A DNA stretch of 59,743 nucleotides from Clostridium sp. CAG:492 (lineage in GTDB: Bacteria; Bacillota; Clostridia; TANB77; CAG-508). The notes under the pieces were generated by a model, which worked only from the letters and a program-made list of their open reading frames with translations, searched no databases and was not told where the DNA came from. A program made the translations under genes and the position numbers. The stretch covers positions 79,048 through 138,790 of the forward strand of contig FR878266.1 in NCBI GenBank assembly GCA_000434335.1, in the 5' to 3' direction. Shown piece after piece: positions 1 to 8,437 of this stretch. Position 1 is the first letter of the stretch, and each line of letters opens with the position of its first letter.

Positions 1-542
1 TTAATATTTTTTATCTCTTCTATATTTTTTATTTCTGTGTTAATTTGTTTCTTAGCATTTTGAACAAAATTTAAACAAATTTGTAAAATTGCATTTTTTT
101 GACCTTTATTAATCGGATATATTTCAAAACTAGTTGTTGTTTTTGTTTCATCAATATCTTCTAATATAGAATCTAAATCAACTGGCAATAAGTTTCTATA
201 AAATAATTTATAATCCATATTATCAGTATATAAACATATTAAAAATAGTGTGCCTCTTCCATCTCTTTGATAAGCCTTGAGCTTATTTACTTCAAGTGAA
301 AATGTTTTCCTACTTTCAGACAAAGATTTAACATTTCTCCCTTTAATTTGAACATTTAATTTATCATCCCAATTATCAATCTTCTTTTCAGTACTTTTAT
401 ATATAAATATTTGTCCATCCCATAAAGGTGTTTTATCATTATCGCTAAAAAATGGCTTTAATGTATTATTATTTTCATAAATCTCACTTTCAAATTTAGT
501 TTTTGCAATTCCTTCTGAATCATCTGCTGTATATATTCCTAT
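1..542 (-). CDS. 5' part of a longer gene that runs off the left edge; N-terminal DUF4365-like (PD-(D/E)xK-fold nuclease) domain; no canonical start codon, possibly a pseudogene
   Basis: The minus-strand frame is open from 554 to the window edge. An AGGAGGTG Shine-Dalgarno lies at 549-556, followed 6 nt later by ATA (542-540). The first in-frame ATG/GTG/TTG with usable spacing is a TTG 73 codons downstream. The translation reads IGIYTADDSEGIAKTKFESEIYENNNTLKPFFSDNDKTPLWDGQIFIYKSTEKKIDNWDDKLNVQIKGRNVKSL...RGTLFLICLY. This resembles the D...QxK core and following hydrophobic strand of DUF4365. Confidence 0.45.
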   Translation of the reverse strand, partial: MGIYTADDSEGIAKTKFESEIYENNNTLKPFFSDNDKTPLWDGQIFIYKSTEKKIDNWDDKLNVQIKGRNVKSLSESRKTFSLEVNKLKAYQRDGRGTLFLICLYTDNMDYKLFYRNLLPVDLDSILEDIDETKTTTSFEIYPINKGQKNAILQICLNFVQNAKKQINTEIKNIEEIKNI

Positions 543-654
543 TTTTAACACCTCCTAGTAATCCAATTTTCATCATTATACAAAAATTCCACAAAAAAGT
601 CACTATTTATCTAATACAATTCATATTCACTCATACTTTGTAAAATCTTTTTCC

Positions 655-1035
655 TCTTTCTTGTACTCTTTCGCAAAAAATACTGTTAGTACATACTTTA
701 CATCTATTTATACTTTCTCTTCTGGATATGTTACTTGTATTTTTTCTGCTTTTTCTTTCGCTTTACTTGGTGCTTTTTCATATATTCCTAATTGTTTCTT
801 TATTATTGCTTTTATAATTTCTTATCATTTTTTATTTCTTCTGTATGTTGATTTGGATGTGAATGCGGACGTCTTGATTTATCTTTTAAGCTTTCTATAC
901 TACCATCATATCTTGCTCCACATCTATCTATTGTTTGGGCTGTTCATTAAATTGTATCGCAACTTTCTTTACTCCATGTTTATAAAAATATTTTATTACA
1001 GACAGTTTATATTTTATTGACTTTAACCCCAACAT
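655..1035 (-). pseudogene. Degraded transposase gene (HTH plus rve/DDE integrase type, IS3/IS481-like); only N-terminal fragments in three frames remain, catalytic domain missing
   Basis: Minus-strand fragments: MLGLKSIKYKLSVIKYFYKHGVKKVAIQFNEQPKQ* (from ATG 1035), then in another frame ARYDGSIESLKDKSRRPHSHPNQHTEEIKNDKKL*, then ...KAEKIQVTYPEEKV*IDVKYV. These match the usual HTH / SRRPHxxPNQHT / QIDVKyVP order of such transposases. No inverted repeats were recognised. Confidence 0.6.
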
Positions 1036-1143
1036 CACATAACATTTTTATATCTTTTTTATGATATTTTAAAACAATACCAGCATAACTAGCATTTTTT
1101 TGCTTGTAGCTCTACAACGCTAAAACAAATGAAATACATAGAA

Positions 1144-1169
1144 AAGTAGTACTAAAAATTGTACTACTT
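1144..1169 (-). terminator. Rho-independent terminator after the HEPN gene
   Basis: 9-bp stem aagtagtac/gtactactt with an 8-nt loop, followed by a T-run on the minus strand, 9 nt after the stop at 1178. Confidence 0.6.
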
Positions 1170-1177
1170 TCCTATTT

Positions 1178-2461
1178 TTAAAAATGTTTATAAAATTTAT
1201 ATTTTTCATATCCCAACATATCCCTAAAAATAATATCAATAACTATTTCATATAGTATCTTTGTCCTATCATAAATCCATTCCCAATCTATATTTTCTTC
1301 AATATGATTTTTAGTGTTGACCATTTTCTCAATTTTAGGAAATGATATATATAATTTCTTATTATTTATAAAATATCCTTCATGTACATAATGATTTCTT
1401 AAACTCACTATTTCATAAACTAAATTTTCAATTTCCGCTTCATTACTTTTATTTAAATTTCTATAATTGTTTTTTATACTAAATTCTATAAATGTTTTCT
1501 TTATATTTTCAATAGGTTGTTGCTTATAATAGCACTCTATAAACCTGTAAAACATTAAAAAATTATCTTCTAAATTTCTGGAAGTATTTAATATTATATA
1601 CGGTAAATTTCTTATCTCGCTTTTTCCATCTCTATATGGAATTTTTGTATAACACTTATATAAGAAGTCCAACACATTTTCATTAACACTATTTTGAACA
1701 TACGAATCTTTATATTTTATTTCATCCATTTGAAAACAAAATTCATAAAAACTCTCATTAATCTCTACAACAATTTTCTCAATATAAAATCTGCAAGGTT
1801 TTAATAATTGAAAAAACAGCATTAATTCATTCACATAATTATATACCTCTTCATAACAAATGCTTTTTTCCATTTCAATTTCAATATATCCACTTAATTC
1901 GATATCTATATTATTATTCTTTCTGCTATGTACACTTTTCCAGTCATCTGAAACCACTAAAGATCTTACATTATTTTTATTTATTTCTAATTTTTGCTTT
2001 ACTGTTTTTCTTTTTAATTCGATAACATATTCATCTTCTGTTTCTTTTCTGGATAAACTTGGATAACCTATTAATTCGTTTATCATATTACTATATACTC
2101 TAATTTTTTCTATACCACAGCCTTTAGATATATCACATAATTTTTTATAATTACTATTTTTAAAATAATACGTTGCCACGAATTTTGTACTATCTCCTCC
2201 GTCAGGAGTTCCAATTATTTCTGAATGTCCCCAATATTGAGCATTCTTTAACAAATAACTCATTTTGGATTGGTAATCAATTATTAGTATATCTCTCTTT
2301 TTAAATTCTGTATTACTACCATATGATCTTATCCCATTAATTGCTGGTATTTCATCCATGATGTTATAATCTACCGTCACTTCTATTACATTATCTTTAA
2401 CTTCATATAAACAATTATATTTTTCTTCATATTTATCATCAAAATAACAAACAGCCATCAA
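1178..2461 (-). CDS. HEPN-domain protein, ApeA-like architecture (large N-terminal domain plus C-terminal Rx4H HEPN); candidate abortive-infection RNase
   Basis: 427-aa ORF. The C-terminal motif SLRNHYVHEG (AGA AAT CAT TAT GTA CAT at 1399-1382) fits the HEPN Rx4-6H signature. There are no TM segments or other recognisable catalytic motifs. It sits next to an IS relic and a nuclease-like gene. Confidence 0.5.
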   Translation of the reverse strand: MMAVCYFDDKYEEKYNCLYEVKDNVIEVTVDYNIMDEIPAINGIRSYGSNTEFKKRDILIIDYQSKMSYLLKNAQYWGHSEIIGTPDGGDSTKFVATYYFKNSNYKKLCDISKGCGIEKIRVYSNMINELIGYPSLSRKETEDEYVIELKRKTVKQKLEINKNNVRSLVVSDDWKSVHSRKNNNIDIELSGYIEIEMEKSICYEEVYNYVNELMLFFQLLKPCRFYIEKIVVEINESFYEFCFQMDEIKYKDSYVQNSVNENVLDFLYKCYTKIPYRDGKSEIRNLPYIILNTSRNLEDNFLMFYRFIECYYKQQPIENIKKTFIEFSIKNNYRNLNKSNEAEIENLVYEIVSLRNHYVHEGYFINNKKLYISFPKIEKMVNTKNHIEENIDWEWIYDRTKILYEIVIDIIFRDMLGYEKYKFYKHF

Positions 2462-2511
2462 AACACCTCATTTATTTTTCAATTTTCTATCTAATTACTG
2501 CTAAAAAAAAC

Positions 2512-2943
2512 TCACTCCACATACCTCTTCTCTCCCCACCAACTCGGAAAAACCTCCTTCAACTTCACCGTTCTCCTACTCTCGAAATCCGTCAAAATCT
2601 CCATCTCCCCATTAGCTTTATCCAACTGCATCAAAAATTCCCTACAAGCTCCACAAGGCATACCACCATTCTTTGGTGGATTCTCTCTGCATGCAATCAA
2701 TCTCCTAATCCTCGTTTTTCCAGTACTCATATACATATTCAAAGCTGCAACTCTCTCCGCGCACAAATTCATAACCCCACTTGCGCTTTCAATACAAAAT
2801 CCAGTAAAAATTTCTCCATCTTCACTCTCCACTGCAGAAACAACATGATGTGCCACAATAAACGGAGAAACCTGCTCTCTATGATATTCAACCTTAGCTT
2901 TATTATACATTTTCTCCCAAATATCCAATATCATCACTCCCAA
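2512..2943 (-). CDS. cdd: Cytidine deaminase
   Basis: 143 aa with zinc-ligand motifs CAERVAAL and PCGACREFL, typical of homotetrameric cytidine deaminases. Confidence 0.9.
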   Translation of the reverse strand: MGVMILDIWEKMYNKAKVEYHREQVSPFIVAHHVVSAVESEDGEIFTGFCIESASGVMNLCAERVAALNMYMSTGKTRIRRLIACRENPPKNGGMPCGACREFLMQLDKANGEMEILTDFESRRTVKLKEVFPSWWGEKRYVE

Positions 2944-2993
2944 CTCATTTAATATTCTTCCAAATTAATCTACACCAACTCCAAATTGCTCCT

Positions 2994-3404
2994 CTAAATA
3001 ATAACCCCCTTAGTATGATCAACCTCATGCTGAATAATCTCAGCCACAAATCCGCTATACTTTCCATGTCTCCTCTCAAAATTCACATCCAAATAATCTA
3101 CTTCAATCTCGTTATATCTCACACATTTTCTCTCACCAATCAAAGACAAACAACCTTCCTCAGTTTCATATTTTCCGCTTTTTCCCGTAATAACCGAATT
3201 AATCATCACAAAATCAAATAAACCACCAGACACACAAATAATCGCCTTATTATATCCAATCATATTAGCAGCCAATCCAACACATCTATCTTTATTTGCC
3301 TTCAATGTATCTAACAAATCTCTAGCAATAAACTTATCATCCTCTGTTGCCATTTCAGCCTTCTGTGACAAAAACATTACATCTTTTACTATATCCTTTA
3401 CCAA
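2994..3404 (-). CDS. def: Peptide deformylase (short form)
   Basis: Motifs GLAANMIG, EGCLS and QHEVDH. The track ORF starts at 3437, but a TTG at 3404 is preceded by GGGGGA plus 5 nt and gives the usual MVKDIVKD-type N-terminus. Confidence 0.85.
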   Translation of the reverse strand: MVKDIVKDVMFLSQKAEMATEDDKFIARDLLDTLKANKDRCVGLAANMIGYNKAIICVSGGLFDFVMINSVITGKSGKYETEEGCLSLIGERKCVRYNEIEVDYLDVNFERRHGKYSGFVAEIIQHEVDHTKGVII

Positions 3405-3485
3405 AAAAATCCCCCATCTCTTTTCATAAATATTCATTACATATTAATTAATTTAAAAGTGCAAAAATTGCACTTTATTCTTATT

Positions 3486-3965
3486 TTACAACTTCTTTGA
3501 AACAATCATATCTCTTACAACATATCCATTTTCTTCATAAAAATTTAATCCACTAACATTAGGGCCAAACACTTCAATATTTGTTCTAATACAACCAATA
3601 TTTTTAAAATACTCCTCCATTTTATTTAGTAATATCTTTCCAACACCATTTCCACGATTTTTCTTACTAACAATCAGCTCCAACACTTCACCAGTTTTTG
3701 CACAGTCATTGGTTAATTTATCAATTTCATTTACAGTTTCAACAACTCCAACAATTAATCCATTAACCAATTCATCTTCAATAGATAAAAATATCTTACC
3801 ATTCTGCATTTTTACTTTCTCCATATCCAGTTCAAAATATTTTTCTTTATATTCTGGAACCATTACTTGTGTATGCCAATCATCAATATCAATCAAATAA
3901 TTTTGTAGTTCAATCAATAATTCTTTAATTTGCTCATTATATTTTTCATTATATTCAACAATCAC
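3486..3965 (-). CDS. GNAT family N-acetyltransferase
   Basis: 159 aa with the acetyl-CoA binding motif RGNGVGKILL and GNAT-size fold. Confidence 0.8.
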   Translation of the reverse strand: MIVEYNEKYNEQIKELLIELQNYLIDIDDWHTQVMVPEYKEKYFELDMEKVKMQNGKIFLSIEDELVNGLIVGVVETVNEIDKLTNDCAKTGEVLELIVSKKNRGNGVGKILLNKMEEYFKNIGCIRTNIEVFGPNVSGLNFYEENGYVVRDMIVSKKL

Positions 3966-3985
3966 AACAATTCATCTCCTACAAT

Positions 3986-4372
3986 TTACTCCATTTCAAA
4001 CTCCCACAAACTCAAATGTCCTTTTGCCTCAATAGGTTCATCGAAAACCTCAATATCCTCCATTTGCCAGCCATAGTTCTCCTTAAAAGTACTATCTGTA
4101 TATATATCCTTATTTTCCTTCAAAAGCTCAGATTTAAACTCTGGAGACATTTTCACGCAATCAACCAACTTAGCTTTTCCCAATATTTTACCTTTCGGCA
4201 TATCTTTGGGGATATATTTTTGTAATCTTTTCATCGCCTCTTTATCAATTCCTTGTCCAGCATGAATAAGGAGCTCTCCTCTATAATTTGTTTTCCAACT
4301 TCTAAATTCAAATCTTTTATAACCAAGCATTATCAAACTAGCCCATGGTTGCTTTATTGTTAATACCTTCAT
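3986..4372 (-). CDS. ASCH domain protein (PUA-like fold)
   Basis: 128 aa. The N-terminus MKVLTIKQPWASLIMLGYKRFEFRSW is typical of ASCH domain proteins. Confidence 0.7.
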   Translation of the reverse strand: MKVLTIKQPWASLIMLGYKRFEFRSWKTNYRGELLIHAGQGIDKEAMKRLQKYIPKDMPKGKILGKAKLVDCVKMSPEFKSELLKENKDIYTDSTFKENYGWQMEDIEVFDEPIEAKGHLSLWEFEME

Positions 4373-4428
4373 ATTTCCACTCCTTTGCTTTAGAATAGTA
4401 TTCCCTCAAATTTAACTATACAATCTTG

Positions 4429-5100
4429 CTAAACATCTCTTTTCTTATCATTTGTTATATCACCATTCCCACTCACAGGAACTTCATCTCCTAAATAAGT
4501 AGGCTTTGGCTTAAATATACATTTAACAAAATCCTTATCTCTTGCCAATATTTCTCTTATTTCTCTATATGTTGCCCCAACATATTGTCTTGGATCAGAG
4601 CATACTCCATATGCATCTAATCCTAGCTTTTTCGCATCATACAAAGCTCTATACATATGATAATTTTGTGTTACAATTACTACCTTTTTAGCCTTAAAAA
4701 TCTCTTTTGCTCTATACATAGTTTCATAAGTAGAAAATCCAGCATGATCCATAAAAATATCTTCTGATGGTATCCCTTTTTCAATAGCATAATTCTTCAT
4801 AAGATTTACTTCATCATAATCTTCTCTTCCATGATCACCACTCATTATAATTTTACTAGACACATTATTTTTGTATAGATTAATACCTTCTAATAATCTA
4901 TCCTCTAACATTGGACTTGGTTTATCTCCCCATACTCCCGCACCTAATATAATTATGCAATCTACATCAGATAAATCTTTATACTCTTGATTTTTTATAA
5001 TTCTATTTTTAGTAGACTGTTTAACATAAAAATTTATTCCAAAAATAAATATGATAACTATAACTATTCCAATTAAAAAACACTTTAATGCCATTTTCAT
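4429..5100 (-). CDS. SanA/YdcF (DUF218) family membrane-anchored protein
   Basis: N-terminal TM helix followed by IIILGAGVWGDKPSPMLEDRL, the DUF218 signature. Confidence 0.75.
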   Translation of the reverse strand: MKMALKCFLIGIVIVIIFIFGINFYVKQSTKNRIIKNQEYKDLSDVDCIIILGAGVWGDKPSPMLEDRLLEGINLYKNNVSSKIIMSGDHGREDYDEVNLMKNYAIEKGIPSEDIFMDHAGFSTYETMYRAKEIFKAKKVVIVTQNYHMYRALYDAKKLGLDAYGVCSDPRQYVGATYREIREILARDKDFVKCIFKPKPTYLGDEVPVSGNGDITNDKKRDV

Positions 5101-5120
5101 AGTTTGTCTCCCCTTAATTA

Positions 5121-5702
5121 TTAATTATTTTTCGCAATTACATGAAATATATGCCAATGTTTTAGTTCACCTAATCCTGTTTTCTTGTCAACTTCAACTT
5201 CTTTAAAATTTAAAATATCAAAATTCTTAAACAATTCACATACTTGATTTTTTGAAAAGAATGTCATTTGTGGTCTAGTTTTATTCCAAGTATCATTAAC
5301 TCCGAAAAAATTTCCAACAAAGTATCCATCTTTTTCCAAGTTCATTTTAATTTCGTTCCATAAATCTTCAAATTTTTCTTTATTGCAAAATGATAAAGAG
5401 TAATTTGCTACAATTAATTTTGATTTTTTCAACTTTATTTTTTCAAAGCTTTGTTGTTCAAACTTAAAATGTTGTAGTTCATTTGTTGTCAATCTTTTTG
5501 TTATTCTTGTTTCAACATTTTCTCTATCAATTGCCAGAACATTCCACCCATTTTTTATCAAATATACTGTATCATTTCCAGCTCCACATCCTAAATCAAT
5601 TGCATTTGTTGGGTTGCATTTTATTTTTTCAATAAAATATTTAACAAATGTTCTAGGTACATCCGCTTCGGTTACATCATAATATTTTTCTATACTTTTC
5701 AT
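5121..5702 (-). CDS. Class I SAM-dependent methyltransferase (TehB-like)
   Basis: Motif I DLGCGAGNDTVYL; 193 aa. Confidence 0.8.
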   Translation of the reverse strand: MKSIEKYYDVTEADVPRTFVKYFIEKIKCNPTNAIDLGCGAGNDTVYLIKNGWNVLAIDRENVETRITKRLTTNELQHFKFEQQSFEKIKLKKSKLIVANYSLSFCNKEKFEDLWNEIKMNLEKDGYFVGNFFGVNDTWNKTRPQMTFFSKNQVCELFKNFDILNFKEVEVDKKTGLGELKHWHIFHVIAKNN

Positions 5703-5805
5703 ATTGCTCTCCCTGAGAATTTTATTTAATAACCATCATTATTTATGATTTTTTTCTTTAATGATTGTATTATATCAAAATGGTCAAATCTTTACAATTA
5801 AAAAA

Positions 5806-5842
5806 GCGGAGTAAAAATTCAAAATCTAAATTTTTACTCCGC
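5806..5842 (-). terminator. Terminator hairpin, second of a tandem pair after the ABC transporter gene
   Basis: 13-bp arms gcggagtaaaaat/atttttactccgc, followed by a T-run on the minus strand. Confidence 0.6.
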
Positions 5843-5870
5843 TCACAAATTTTTCATCTCCAAAACAAAA

Positions 5871-5897
5871 AAGACTTCGCAATTTCTGCTAAGTCTT
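5871..5897 (-). terminator. Terminator hairpin, first of a tandem pair after the ABC transporter gene
   Basis: Stem aagactt/aagtctt, followed on the minus strand by ttttttgttttg. Confidence 0.5.
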
Positions 5898-5969
5898 TCT
5901 TGTTTGACAACCGCTTGTCCGCGGTCATCAGGAGGTTAATTAGCTTCTACTTGTCCGTAGTTGCTTAAA

Positions 5970-7577
5970 TCATTTTTTTGCATTATACAAAGCTTCACTC
6001 ATTATATGGTTTTCAAATCTATAATGTTTATTACACAAACCTGTTAATCTAGGTCTATGTGTCACAATTACATAGGTTTTATCGCTTAAATACTTTTCAA
6101 TCATATTTGTAATTTTTTCTTCTGAAACACTATCCAAATTAGATGTTGGTTCATCAAAAAAATACAAATCCTTGTCAATTAAAATACCTCTTATTAAATT
6201 TAACCTTTGCTTTTGGCCAGCAGAAAGTTTAACTCCTTTTTCTCCTACTACTGTTTCTAATCCATTTTCTAAATTTAAAAACCATTCTGTTAAACCTGCA
6301 TCTTCAAACAATTCTAATATTTTACTTTCTTTTATATCTTTACCTAAACATAAATTTTCTCTTATAGTCGTATCAAATAAATCAACCTCTTGTGAAACAA
6401 ATACTAAATCTAAACGAGTATTTTTTACTTCTTTCCCATCAATTAATAACACTCCTTCTGTCAAATCATATAATCCAGATAAAATGTTCATTGCTGTTGT
6501 TTTCCCTTGTCCAGATTCTCCTGTTATACTTATTTTTTCACCCTTTTTTATTTTAAAATTAGGAATTGTTATTGGTACAGAATTTTTATTATATTTAAAT
6601 CTGCATTTTTTTAGCTCTATTTCATTAAAATCTTTTACTACATTTAATTCATTTAATTTGCCAATTTTTTCATCAAGTTGCTTTTTAGCAGTATTAAAGG
6701 TTACTAATGAATCTATCATATAAACAATTGAATTTATATCTCCATCCAAATTACCTAGTAAACTAAAGTAAAATAATAAATATGGAAGTGCATCTCCACC
6801 ATTTTTTGTCATAATTAAAGAGCTTACCAAAACAACAATATAAACAGAACTCATTAATAAATGAAATACTAAATTTGTGTCAGCTTTTTTCCTTTCGCTT
6901 TTTTTACCAATAGAAATATATTCATCGTTCTTTTTTGATAAACTATCTATGCAATATTTTCTAATATTTAATTTTTTTACAGTTATGATATTTTGTACAA
7001 AATCTATAAAAGTAGACATTGCTTCAGACTTTTTAGCTCTTGTTTCCTTTTCATATTTTTGTCTATTTTTTATCATTTTATATTTGCAAATAATTGCTAT
7101 TAAAATTAAAAACAATGATATGATGCCTGTCCAAACAGACTGTCTACATGCCATTATTAAAAATGTTATAATTCCTATAATAAAACTAATTATAGAATTT
7201 ATTATAAACCACATAATATCTAAAAATCCATTTGAAACATCAAATATTAAATTTTGCATATATCCAGTATGTACATCTGACAATTTTTTTGAACTCATTT
7301 TTTCTATTTTAGAAAAATAATATTCCAATATGCTTGACCTTGTCTTTATGTCACTAAACATCGTAAAATATGAAATACACCAATTTACTCCCCACATTAT
7401 TAAATCTGTTACGGCAATACTTAATAATAAATACAATATTTTTTTCTCATTTAATGGACTAGTTGCAAATACTGCTAAAAATACAGATTGCCCAGATTGT
7501 GCTACTGAAAATATAATTCCTAATATGAATAATAATAAATACATTCTTTTATTTACTATTTTTAATAATTCTCGCAT
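5970..7577 (-). CDS. ABC exporter, fused permease/ATP-binding protein
   Basis: 535 aa. N-terminal multi-TM half, then Walker A GESGQGKTT, signature LSAGQKQR and Walker B LYFFDEPTS. Confidence 0.9.
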   Translation of the reverse strand: MRELLKIVNKRMYLLLFILGIIFSVAQSGQSVFLAVFATSPLNEKKILYLLLSIAVTDLIMWGVNWCISYFTMFSDIKTRSSILEYYFSKIEKMSSKKLSDVHTGYMQNLIFDVSNGFLDIMWFIINSIISFIIGIITFLIMACRQSVWTGIISLFLILIAIICKYKMIKNRQKYEKETRAKKSEAMSTFIDFVQNIITVKKLNIRKYCIDSLSKKNDEYISIGKKSERKKADTNLVFHLLMSSVYIVVLVSSLIMTKNGGDALPYLLFYFSLLGNLDGDINSIVYMIDSLVTFNTAKKQLDEKIGKLNELNVVKDFNEIELKKCRFKYNKNSVPITIPNFKIKKGEKISITGESGQGKTTAMNILSGLYDLTEGVLLIDGKEVKNTRLDLVFVSQEVDLFDTTIRENLCLGKDIKESKILELFEDAGLTEWFLNLENGLETVVGEKGVKLSAGQKQRLNLIRGILIDKDLYFFDEPTSNLDSVSEEKITNMIEKYLSDKTYVIVTHRPRLTGLCNKHYRFENHIMSEALYNAKK

Positions 7578-7835
7578 AACATCCCCCCTAATATTTTTGT
7601 TAACTTTATTATATATTTTTAATGTTAATTTTAAATAAGAACCACTCCATAAAAATTTTAAAATTTTTAACTAATTTTAATTTATTAGCATGTACATTTG
7701 TCAGTCAACAATAGAATATAATATACTTTCTTCTAGAATTCTTCATCAGAGTATTCTTTTCCAAATTTACTTGGAGTAAAATATTTAATTGCTCTGTAAT
7801 CTTTTCTGTCATATTTGCTCCTTTTTTATTTATAA

Positions 7836-7910
7836 TTATTTTTTCGCGATTATATAAAATATATGCCAATATTTTAGTTTATCTGCTCTGGTTTTCTTAT
7901 ATAATTTCAC
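7836..7910 (-). pseudogene. 3'-terminal stump (24 codons plus stop) of a paralog of the SAM-methyltransferase gene at 5121-5702
   Basis: The minus strand reads VKLYKKTRADKLKYWHIFYIIAKK*, compared with the C-terminus VEVDKKTGLGELKHWHIFHVIAKNN* of the 5121-5702 gene. The nucleotide alignment is roughly 75 percent identical by eye over about 75 nt. The stump begins immediately after the Nudix stop codon (7911-7913). Confidence 0.55.
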
Positions 7911-8414
7911 CTACTCACTTTTCTTCAACCAATCCATCAAAACTTCAAATTCTTCATAATGATTTCTAAAAAATTCTCCTTCATCATTCATTTTCTTTAT
8001 TTCATCAATTGAAAACCATCCAACTTTTTCAACTTCTTCCTCTTGTAATTTTAGTTTTTCAATATCATCAACATCCATTTTTATATAATAATCATCCCAA
8101 AAAACTCTTTCTTTTTCAGACCTTCCACCATAGTATTTTACTAATTTTTCTGGATTTAAATCCACTCCAATCTCTTCTTTTACTTCTGTTAATATTCCCT
8201 GAATACTATCTTCTCCAGATTTTGGATGTCCACCTGTAGTTGCCCATAATCCATTTTTTCTTGCACTTCTTTTTTGTAATAAAAACTCTCCTTTAGAGTT
8301 TTGTATGTAAATAAGTACCACTACTATATATGAGCCTTCAGGTACTGACTCACCTTTGTATATTGTTTTTCCTGTTAAATTTCTTTTTTTATCATATAAA
8401 TCTCTTTTTTCCAT
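7911..8414 (-). CDS. NUDIX hydrolase
   Basis: Nudix box GGHPKSGEDSIQGILTEVKEEIGV (GX5EX7-x-EXXEEXGV pattern, with Thr in place of the usual Arg). Confidence 0.8.
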   Translation of the reverse strand: MEKRDLYDKKRNLTGKTIYKGESVPEGSYIVVVLIYIQNSKGEFLLQKRSARKNGLWATTGGHPKSGEDSIQGILTEVKEEIGVDLNPEKLVKYYGGRSEKERVFWDDYYIKMDVDDIEKLKLQEEEVEKVGWFSIDEIKKMNDEGEFFRNHYEEFEVLMDWLKKSE

Positions 8415-8437
8415 AGTCTTATCCTCTCTTTTATAAT

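Noticed and set aside
661-1020. Plus-strand ORF of 119 aa
   Set aside because: It lies antisense to the transposase relic. The product is a Phe/Leu/Tyr/Ile-rich low-complexity string, there is no RBS, and the opposite strand carries recognisable transposase motifs.
5911-5960. Duplicated CGGACAAG motif and small GC-rich hairpin (ccgcggacaagcgg on the minus strand) between the ABC transporter stop and its tandem terminators; considered as a possible riboswitch or sRNA
   Set aside because: It is too short, I recognised no known riboswitch consensus, and it lies in a 3' UTR position. Noted only as a possible 3'-UTR structure.
5765-5968. 67-aa plus-strand ORF
   Set aside because: It spans two terminator hairpins of the convergent minus-strand unit and has no RBS.
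7705-7812. 35-aa minus-strand ORF (MTEKITEQLN...) with an AAGGAG RBS
   Set aside because: Another frame of the same stretch reads like the C-terminus of a real protein (DRKDYRAIKYFTPSKFGKEYSDEEF*). The region adjoins a methyltransferase stump, so it is more likely gene debris than a genuine small gene.
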